A DNA stretch of 64,000 bases from an uncultured virus (IMG/VR IMGVR_UViG_3300009169_000018) (lineage: Duplodnaviria > Heunggongvirae > Uroviricota > Caudoviricetes): positions 1 to 64,000 of IMG/VR virus record IMGVR_UViG_3300009169_000018; one strand, written 5' to 3'. Below, in pieces: positions 56,228 through 64,000 of this stretch. The notes beneath the pieces are model-generated. The model ran no database searches. It worked only from the letters and a program-made list of their open reading frames with translations, and was not told the origin of the DNA. How positions within the stretch are numbered: position 1 is the first letter of the stretch; each line of letters opens with the position of its first letter. A program made the translations under genes and the position numbers.

Positions 56228-59200
56228 ATGGAATTCAACGTAGATCCGTACAATGACGACTTCGAACAGAACGCGAGAGATAACAACTATCTGAAGATCC
56301 TGTTCAAGCCGGGATTCTCGGTACAGGCTCGCGAACTGACTCAGATTCAGTCGATCCTACAGAACCAGATCAAGGCATTTGGCGACCACATCTTTCAGGA
56401 TGGCTCACCTGTCATCGGCGGAAACATTTCGCTCGACAACTCTGTTACGTACATCAAGCTAGATGAAACGTACAACAACGAAGACGTAGAACTCGACCTA
56501 TTCGTAGGTCAGGTCATTCTGCGCGACTCCGACTCTCTGGTTCAAGCCAAGGTTCTAGCCTCGTACTTCCCTTCGGGCGGAACGCCTACCCTGATGGTCA
56601 AGTACATTTCGGGTGTGGACTTCTCGGACGGTGACGTATTCCGTGTCGCAGGCACCACAACCCGCGCAAAGCTGATCGACTCTTCCGCATCCGGCAAGGG
56701 TACGATTGCATCCATCAACGACGGTATCTTCTACGTTGACGGATATTTCGTCACCGTGACCCCTCAGACTGCGGTTGTCGCAGCCTACAGCCAGAACGCA
56801 AACGTAAAGATCGGTTTGGAAGTAACGGACGAAATCGTTGACTACGCGATTGATGCCACGTTGCTTGACCCTGCGCAGGACTCCTTCAATTATCAGGCTC
56901 CCGGCGCAGATCGGTATCAGTTCGGGCTGACCCTCTCCACTCGTCCACTCGACACCGCAGTTGACGAATCGAAATACTTCGAACTCATGCGCGTAGAGAA
57001 CGGCGCAGTTACGAAGCAAGTCAAGTACGCAATCTACTCTGAAATCGAAAAGACGCTCGCACGTAGAACATTTGACGAATCGGGTGACTACACGGTTGTC
57101 CCATTCCGCGCATCGGTAGGTCCGTCGCAGGATGCCAACAACTACATCATCAACCTTGAGCCGGGAAAGGCTTACGTCAAGGGATTTGAGTTTGAAACCA
57201 TCGGTACGGTCAAGATGGAAGTCCAGAAGCCTCGCACGGACGGCATCGACACTCGTTCGCTTGTGGACATTGACTTCGATACCTCTTACGGCAATTACCT
57301 CAAGTTCAAGAACGTCTACGGCTCCAATGCCGCATCGTTCATCAATACGACCACGTATGACACGGTAGACCTTCACTGCACGCACGCAGGCAACGTCCAT
57401 ATCGGCAACGCAAACCGCTACGCCAACACGAAGATCGGTACAGCCAAGATTCGTGCCATCCGCCGCGACATTCCCGCACAGGACGGTGTAGCCAATGTAG
57501 ACACCAACGGTGTGTTTGACTTCTACTTCACCGACATGCGCATTCAGCCTAGAGTGCTTGTGTTGGAAGATGGATCAACCTCGACCACACTCAAGTTCCC
57601 TGATGACGCGAGCGTGCGCGAGAACGCATATCAGAACACCACGATTACGGTTCTGCCGATTTCGTTGACTCCGTTCAGCACGGTCAACACAGCCAACGTC
57701 TACATGAACTCCACTCGCGTCAACGCAGAGTCTTCCCTTGCATCAATTCAGGTTGGACAGATCATTCGCGTTGCCGACGAAGTTCGCCAAGTCGTCAATG
57801 TATCCACCAACCACCTATTCGTCAACTCCGCGTTCACGAAGACAGTCATCGGCGGCACACCAAACGCAAACGTCCAGATTCTTCTACAGAACACATACTC
57901 TTCGAACGTCACTAACCAGACTCGTAAGATCGTATCCTACGTGGGAGGCACTCAGACTGCTACCCTCGACCGAGCATTCGATGAAGGCGCGGTTCCTGCG
58001 AACAACACCGTCATTCAGTTGAACTTCGGCGTGGGTGATCTTGAGTCTTGGGTCAAGCCAAACGCAACGTTCGGTGCAGCCAATGCATCCGCAAACATTG
58101 CCGTACAGTCCACATTGCTCGACGGTTCCACAGAACTCTTTGAGCCATCCGACAAGCGATTGATCTATCCTCTACCTCAGAACACGATCAAGCGTGGCTC
58201 GCTCAACAACGTAGACTACAACTCTTGGAAGTATGTACAGGCAACCGGTGCTGCCGGTGTCTTCACGCTGTCTCTGGAAGCCTACGAGTCGATTCCTTGG
58301 AGCATCACTAACTCTAATCTGGAAGACAACCTGATCGTCATCGTCCGCGAAGCATCGGGAACCTACGCAAATGGCACGGTCCTCAAGCTCAATACGGGCG
58401 AAGTCACTACGGGCATCGGAAGCCTTGTGGTCACGCTGCCTGCTACTATCGGCAAGATCGACGCATACCTGATCGTCAAGCAGAACGATGCCGAAGATCG
58501 TAAGCGCACGAAGACTTTCCGTAGCAATCCTCTAATCACTACGGGACCGTTTAATGTTCCTACCGATACGGATGTTAACAACGAGCATACCGTAAACGTT
58601 CCTAACGTCGGCAACGTGGCTAAGATCAACGTAGCCAACGGGCTGATCTTCATCATCGAACCATCGGTCACGAACGTCTTCCCCGGCGACTCCATCAGTC
58701 TCTATGTTCCCGACGTAGTGAACATCCGTGCCATCCTCAAGGGTAACACCACCCATGTTGCAGATGCAACAAATTATGAGGATATCACCGACCACTTCGC
58801 AATCGACCTCGGACAGACGGAAGAAGTCTACGAACACGCCAAGATCACGCTAAAGAGTGGATACCCTTCCCCTAATGCGCGTCTGACGATTCACTGTGAC
58901 TTCTACGACCACACGTATCCCGCAGGCGCAACCTACTTCTCGGTAGACTCGTATGATCAGACCATCTACGAAGCCGGTCAGATTCCTATCTACTTCTCCG
59001 AAGTGACGGGAACCTACTTCCTGCGTGACTGCTTGGACTTCCGTGCGACCCGTCGCATCGGTACCGCTGCCGGAACGCTCGACACTGGCATTCTGCCGGA
59101 TCCTAACTCCGCAACGGAACTGAGCTTCAACTACTATCTCCCTCGCATCGACAAGCTTGTTCTCTCCAAGAACAAGGAGTTCCGTGTGATCAAGGGCGTG

Positions 59201-60220
59201 TCGTCGCCTGCTCCAATTCCACCGGATGACTCCGAAGACGCAATGACGCTCTACAACATCTACCTTGCACCATTCTGTGCGTCCACGGAAGATATTCGCC
59301 TGCGTTACGTCGAGAACCGTCGCTACACCATGAAGGATATCTCGCGCATTGACAAGCGTGTTCAGTCTCTTGAATACTACACTTCGCTGAACAACATTGA
59401 AGGGTTGGCACTCGCTGACCCATCCAAGTACGCAGACGGTACGGACAAGACGAAGTACGGTATCATCGGTGAAGGCTTCAAGAACTTCAACATTGCTGAC
59501 TACAAGGATCCTGACTTCAACTGCTCCATGGAAGAGGGTGAAATGGGTCCATACGTGGGCAACATGCCATTCTCGCTCAATGCATTGACTCTAACGGGTC
59601 TTAGACAGAATGATCGTACCGTGACCCTCGACTTCACCGAAGAGGAAATGCTTGCGCAGCCAGTGACTAGCAACAAGCTTGTCTCCGTGCAGCCGTTCCT
59701 GTTCGCTCAGTTCATGGGTGACATGAAGCTTTCGCCTGAAATGGACTTTTGGGTATCCGAAGAACTCAAGCCTGATGTGCTACGCGCACCAGAGATTGAC
59801 GACCGTGTACGTGAAATCTACAACTCCGAGCGTGCGGCTGAAAGAGCGCGGGAACCGGCAGCACAAGCCCAAGTTCCTACACCTACGGTTGACGCGGGTT
59901 CGATTATCTCCACGGTTCCGGGTACCAACCCACCGGCTGCGAATACGTTCTGGAACGTTCCTGTGACTGTACCTACCGCGCCGCCATTGGTTCCTTCTCT
60001 TGCATTCCAGCTAATTACAGCAGCGAACGTGAAGAAGAACAAGAAGCGCAGTCTGTTTGACAACATCAAGCTGCTCTTCCCTGTGGTCAAGAACACGGCA
60101 CCGGCACCAATTCCGCCTGCACCAAGCTCTTCGCTACCTGTTTACACTTCGCCAATTCGCATTAGCGGTGGTGGCGGCGGTGGATTCAAGGGCGGAATGA
60201 CCCAAGTGAATATGGTCTAA
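56228..60220 (+). CDS. large virion structural protein (VrlC/DUF4815-like), N-terminal part
   Basis: FN..PY.DDF, VQARELTQ.Q.ILQNQ, APGADR, LARRT.DESGDY, RRYTM.DI. Confidence 0.85.
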   Translation: MEFNVDPYNDDFEQNARDNNYLKILFKPGFSVQARELTQIQSILQNQIKAFGDHIFQDGSPVIGGNISLDNSVTYIKLDETYNNEDVELDLFVGQVILRDSDSLVQAKVLASYFPSGGTPTLMVKYISGVDFSDGDVFRVAGTTTRAKLIDSSASGKGTIASINDGIFYVDGYFVTVTPQTAVVAAYSQNANVKIGLEVTDEIVDYAIDATLLDPAQDSFNYQAPGADRYQFGLTLSTRPLDTAVDESKYFELMRVENGAVTKQVKYAIYSEIEKTLARRTFDESGDYTVVPFRASVGPSQDANNYIINLEPGKAYVKGFEFETIGTVKMEVQKPRTDGIDTRSLVDIDFDTSYGNYLKFKNVYGSNAASFINTTTYDTVDLHCTHAGNVHIGNANRYANTKIGTAKIRAIRRDIPAQDGVANVDTNGVFDFYFTDMRIQPRVLVLEDGSTSTTLKFPDDASVRENAYQNTTITVLPISLTPFSTVNTANVYMNSTRVNAESSLASIQVGQIIRVADEVRQVVNVSTNHLFVNSAFTKTVIGGTPNANVQILLQNTYSSNVTNQTRKIVSYVGGTQTATLDRAFDEGAVPANNTVIQLNFGVGDLESWVKPNATFGAANASANIAVQSTLLDGSTELFEPSDKRLIYPLPQNTIKRGSLNNVDYNSWKYVQATGAAGVFTLSLEAYESIPWSITNSNLEDNLIVIVREASGTYANGTVLKLNTGEVTTGIGSLVVTLPATIGKIDAYLIVKQNDAEDRKRTKTFRSNPLITTGPFNVPTDTDVNNEHTVNVPNVGNVAKINVANGLIFIIEPSVTNVFPGDSISLYVPDVVNIRAILKGNTTHVADATNYEDITDHFAIDLGQTEEVYEHAKITLKSGYPSPNARLTIHCDFYDHTYPAGATYFSVDSYDQTIYEAGQIPIYFSEVTGTYFLRDCLDFRATRRIGTAAGTLDTGILPDPNSATELSFNYYLPRIDKLVLSKNKEFRVIKGVSSPAPIPPDDSEDAMTLYNIYLAPFCASTEDIRLRYVENRRYTMKDISRIDKRVQSLEYYTSLNNIEGLALADPSKYADGTDKTKYGIIGEGFKNFNIADYKDPDFNCSMEEGEMGPYVGNMPFSLNALTLTGLRQNDRTVTLDFTEEEMLAQPVTSNKLVSVQPFLFAQFMGDMKLSPEMDFWVSEELKPDVLRAPEIDDRVREIYNSERAAERAREPAAQAQVPTPTVDAGSIISTVPGTNPPAANTFWNVPVTVPTAPPLVPSLAFQLITAANVKKNKKRSLFDNIKLLFPVVKNTAPAPIPPAPSSSLPVYTSPIRISGGGGGGFKGGMTQVNMV

Positions 60221-60251
60221 ATAGATGATCAACGAACAAGGTATTCTCTAA

Positions 60252-63200
60252 ATGGCTGACCAAACCCAAGCAACAGTAGTAGGCGAATCCACCCTGATTC
60301 CGTACATGCGGAGACAGGACGTTGCGTTCGATGCAAACAACCTTCGCCCTCAGAAGTTGGCTCGACTATTCGTAGATGAAATCGCAATGAATGGCTTCTC
60401 GCAGAAGGGCAACAAGATTGTCCTCAACTCCGAGAAGGTTCTGACTGTTGTTGCTAACTCGGCTTACACTGTTCAAGCCGGGGACTGGCTCTATCAGGGA
60501 TCGTCCAACGCATCCCCTACCTTCTCAGCCAACCTCAAGTCCTACGTGTCTGGAACGGGTACGCTGATCATCAATGGAATGAGCGGTAATTTCGATAGTT
60601 CAGCCAAGATTTACATCGAAAAGATCAATGGCATCACTACGTTCGAAGCGACGGTATCCAAGGAAGTCAACTCTAATACGTCTGACATTTTCGTGATGAA
60701 CGAAGGTCTGATCAACGCGAACACTCGCACCTTCATGAAGTGCATCGGCTCGTCGGGTGAGAACATCCTGTATGTGTCGCAGAACTTTGTCAACATCAAC
60801 GTTGCGGTCATCGGCGCAAACTCCATTGCCGCAACCACGTTCGGCGTAGGTGATCTTGTCTATCAGGCAGCTTCCGGTAGCATGTTCGATACGTCCACGT
60901 TCACTGCTAAGGTCGAATACTACGATTCATCCACCGGTTCGCTAGCACTCACTCCGTTATCCGGCACGATCAACATTGCCGCATCCCCTACTCAGACCTC
61001 GACTCTCTGGAACTCGTCTAACACTTCTTCCAAGGGTATGCGCGTCGGCGGCTACAAGCAGATCGACATTGCGACCAACAACCGTATCGCGTCTGTCACT
61101 ACCGCATCCAAGAACGTGTCGGTTGTCACGTATACGCATCACTCTGGCGCAATCGCAAACGTGGCTGCGAGCCTATCCGAGATTCACCTGAATGCGCTCG
61201 CTAACACGGTCGCAGTCGGTAACGTGATCTATCTGACCGCAGGCACAGGCTTGGGGCAGTTCCGTCGCATCACATCTATCAGTGGCAAGACCGTCACACT
61301 ACATGCCGACCTGAGTGTTCGCCCTACTTCTAATACCAAATACTCTATCGGCAACCACATTGTCGATGAGAATGGATGCCTCAACGGTATCGTCAACATT
61401 CCGGAAGAGCCTAACTTCAAGTTCAAGACCGGCGAGCGTCTGATTACAATCACCGACGTTGACTACCTTGAGTCTGATGACTACACGATGAAGGCTTCCG
61501 CACGGTTTGCCTCGGGTGGTCTGCGCAACTCCATGCAGCGTATCAACCTTACGCCTATCATGCGTCCATTGCCAGAAGTTCCTGCGGCAATTCCGGTTGT
61601 TCCGCCTCCACCAACTTCGCGTCCGATTGCGCCTGCGCCACCGGCTCCACCAGTTCCACCTACGCGCCCTGCACCAGTCCGTCCACAGAATCGTGGTAAG
61701 GATCCTGTTGCTCAGACCTTCTGGACTCCAAAGCCAGATACCAACAAGGTTTCGTATGGCGTGTTCGTGACTTCCGTAGACCTGTTCTTCGGTGCCAAGC
61801 CATCGGTCGCTCGCGGATCGTTGCAGCTTCCTATTCAGGTCAAGATTGCCGAAGTCGTCAACGGCTTCCCAACTCAGAACTACCTTGCCGAAGCTACGGT
61901 CAAGTGTAAGGACGTAAAGGTTTCCTTCTCTCCTTCGCTAGAGGATCCAGACACGATCACGAAGTTCACCTTCCGTGATCCTATCTACCTACAGCCAGAC
62001 ACCGAATATGCTCTGATCGTTATCTCCGATTCTCCGGAATACGAAGTCTATATCGCAGAACTCGGCGGCAACGTGCTAGGCGCAGATCCTCCTCAGAGAA
62101 TCTCGGAACAGCCATATGCAGGCTCGTTCTTCCGCTCGCAGAACTCTTCGACTTGGACTCCATACCAGAACGAAGACCTCATGTTCCGCATCAACAAGGC
62201 TCGCTTCTCTGGATCGGGTTCGGCATCGTTCAACCTCAAGAACGTGCCTGACTTCGACATGAACGTAGACCGTATGTTCATCAACGCAGACAAGCTCACG
62301 TTCCCTGTCTCGGCAATTGATTTCAAGGTCAAGGGTGTCTTCAAGTCCAACTCCGCGTTCGACAACTACACCAACATCAAGCCACAAGAAATCTTCAAGT
62401 ATGGCGACCTGATGGACTCTTCCAACAAGGAAACATCGGGAAGCTTCAACAATGCTCGTAAGTTGATGACCGGCAATGCCAACTCGGTACAGATCCTCAC
62501 GGAACTGGTTACGACGGACCCTGACGTATCGCCAGTGTTCAACATGGAAACGCTCGCAGTCGTACCGGCTGACCATGATATCAACAATGCCGGTGTCTCC
62601 AACACCATCATTTCGATCACGAATCCCGGCGCAGGCTACAACGCAGTCATTTCTGCCGCAGATCACACAGCATCCAATCTGGTCATTCGGGGCAGTGACA
62701 GCAACAGCATGAACAATGCCGCGCAGTTGTTCCGTGAGACTTATCTGGCTAACAACTTCAACATCGGCTTCTACAACGTTCGCGTGGATACGGATGGCTA
62801 TGGTTCGGGTGCAGCAGGCTTCGCAGTGGCAAACACCACCGGATCCAACACCGTCGATTACATCGTCATCACTTCCGAAGGTTCGGGCTACCTCAAGACT
62901 CCTGTTCTGGATATATCCAACGGCAACGCAGCATCGGGTGTCATTCGGGCATCGGCTGTCGCGCAGGGTGAAAACGGATCGCGTGGTGGTAACATGGCTT
63001 GCCGTTACATCACCCGCCAGATTGCTCTGGAAGATGGCTTCGAAGCAGGCGACCTCCGCGTGTTCATGGATGCCGTCCGTCCTAACGGCACCGATATCCA
63101 TGTCTACTACAAGGTTCTAGGATCCGAAGATCCCGGTCGCTTCTCCGACAAGTCTTGGGTGCTGATGCACAAGGTCAAGGATACGAAGTCGAAGGATGCC

Positions 63201-63392
63201 CGTCAGGTCATTGAGCTTCAATTCCGTCCAGACCTTCTTGAGAATGAACTCAAGTACACCGAGAACGGTCAGCAGTACCCAATCGGCGGCAAGTTCAAAT
63301 ACTTCGCAGTCAAGGTCTGCCTCACCGCAGTCGATACCTCCATTGCGCCATGGATTCAGAACTTGAGAATCACGGCAACGCCAGAAGGCTAA
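60252..63392 (+). CDS. large virion structural protein (VrlC/DUF4815-like), C-terminal part
   Basis: IPYMR, DPVAQTF, TSVDLFF, QPY.GS.F.SQN.STW. Confidence 0.8.
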   Translation: MADQTQATVVGESTLIPYMRRQDVAFDANNLRPQKLARLFVDEIAMNGFSQKGNKIVLNSEKVLTVVANSAYTVQAGDWLYQGSSNASPTFSANLKSYVSGTGTLIINGMSGNFDSSAKIYIEKINGITTFEATVSKEVNSNTSDIFVMNEGLINANTRTFMKCIGSSGENILYVSQNFVNINVAVIGANSIAATTFGVGDLVYQAASGSMFDTSTFTAKVEYYDSSTGSLALTPLSGTINIAASPTQTSTLWNSSNTSSKGMRVGGYKQIDIATNNRIASVTTASKNVSVVTYTHHSGAIANVAASLSEIHLNALANTVAVGNVIYLTAGTGLGQFRRITSISGKTVTLHADLSVRPTSNTKYSIGNHIVDENGCLNGIVNIPEEPNFKFKTGERLITITDVDYLESDDYTMKASARFASGGLRNSMQRINLTPIMRPLPEVPAAIPVVPPPPTSRPIAPAPPAPPVPPTRPAPVRPQNRGKDPVAQTFWTPKPDTNKVSYGVFVTSVDLFFGAKPSVARGSLQLPIQVKIAEVVNGFPTQNYLAEATVKCKDVKVSFSPSLEDPDTITKFTFRDPIYLQPDTEYALIVISDSPEYEVYIAELGGNVLGADPPQRISEQPYAGSFFRSQNSSTWTPYQNEDLMFRINKARFSGSGSASFNLKNVPDFDMNVDRMFINADKLTFPVSAIDFKVKGVFKSNSAFDNYTNIKPQEIFKYGDLMDSSNKETSGSFNNARKLMTGNANSVQILTELVTTDPDVSPVFNMETLAVVPADHDINNAGVSNTIISITNPGAGYNAVISAADHTASNLVIRGSDSNSMNNAAQLFRETYLANNFNIGFYNVRVDTDGYGSGAAGFAVANTTGSNTVDYIVITSEGSGYLKTPVLDISNGNAASGVIRASAVAQGENGSRGGNMACRYITRQIALEDGFEAGDLRVFMDAVRPNGTDIHVYYKVLGSEDPGRFSDKSWVLMHKVKDTKSKDARQVIELQFRPDLLENELKYTENGQQYPIGGKFKYFAVKVCLTAVDTSIAPWIQNLRITATPEG

Positions 63393-63397
63393 GACCA

Positions 63398-63610
63398 ATG
63401 AGAATGAAAGTACGAGAGAATGAGCGTCTGGTTCGGGAATCGTCCAACTTCGCCATTCTGAACACCGACAGATCCGCGCTCTCTTCTCATGATCAGAAGA
63501 TGGCACGGCTTCGCCGGGATCAGGCTCATGAAGAGGAACTAAATAATATCAAGCGCGATGTGACAGAAATCAAAGACCTGTTGCAACAACTTCTACAACA
63601 GAGTAAGTAA
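63398..63610 (+). CDS. small coiled-coil protein
   Basis: LVR...S.AILN...K.DV.EIK.LL pattern typical after VrlC-like genes. Confidence 0.65.
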   Translation: MRMKVRENERLVRESSNFAILNTDRSALSSHDQKMARLRRDQAHEEELNNIKRDVTEIKDLLQQLLQQSK

Positions 63611-63613
63611 CCC

Positions 63614-64000
63614 ATGACAAGTAGCGTAAACGTTTCCACAGTCGTAGTCGCCAACACCTTCGACCAATGGCGCATTCAGACGAATCTTCTCAAAGATGAC
63701 GTAAACGAGATTGCGCGTGGTGATTTCGTCAAGCCTACGGGTAATGTCACCCTGACAGTCGGACGTTTGGTTCTTCCTAACGCAACCGGCACCATGTTGG
63801 ACGTTACGGCTGACGCTCGCGTTTCCGGTAAGATTTCGGTCAAGAACATCGAACAGGACGGCGGCGCGGCATACCTCTATTCCGACTCTCTGGATATCAA
63901 GTTCCGCGCAGGCGACGGCACGATTCATGCCAACGGCAACACTCGTACTCGCTTCCTCTACAACAACACGTTCTTCTCGGCAGCGAACATCAACGCAACC
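63614..64000 (+). CDS. tail fibre-like protein, 3'-truncated by the window edge
   Basis: Read by hand: MTSSVNVSTVVVANTFDQWRIQTN...; open to window end. Confidence 0.65.
   Translation, partial: MTSSVNVSTVVVANTFDQWRIQTNLLKDDVNEIARGDFVKPTGNVTLTVGRLVLPNATGTMLDVTADARVSGKISVKNIEQDGGAAYLYSDSLDIKFRAGDGTIHANGNTRTRFLYNNTFFSAANINAT

Noticed and set aside
1..64000. Stop-codon reassignment
   Set aside because: Core genes are full length in the standard code, all three stops are used, and no suppressor anticodon (CTA, TCA, TTA) was found.

Overview
A 64 kb segment of a large T4-like myophage, almost all coding on the + strand. IHF-type sites, a PagL-like gene and a two-piece tmRNA suggest a proteobacterial host (inference). 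Layout: (1-8.3 kb) accessory genes, starting with the 3' end of a TROVE/Ro60-related vWA (DUF2828-like) gene. (8.3-15.5 kb) RNA island with 40 tRNAs covering all 20 amino acids, a minimal RNase P-like RNA, circularly permuted tRNA mimics resembling bacterial Y RNAs, and many unexplained structured spacers. (17-26 kb) HNH nuclease, an RNA-repair trio (kinase, Rnl1-type ligase, phosphoesterase), DNA ligase and an NAD+ salvage pair (NadM-Nudix, NAMPT), each NAD gene led by the same two-hairpin RNA motif. (26-35 kb) a pseudoknotted ncRNA candidate, DenV, PhoH, exonuclease, glycosyltransferase, PagL-like protein and permuted tmRNA. (35-64 kb) T4 core genes gp33, 59, 32, 4, 2 and baseplate/tail genes. 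The best candidate for a new system is a phage Ro-like protein with Y-like tRNA-mimic RNAs and RNA repair enzymes. Other strong candidates are the NAD-gene leader motif, an IHF-box promoter cassette with fixed spacing, and a -1 frameshift fusing gp26 to gp51. All calls are from motif reading by eye. No database search or folding program was run.
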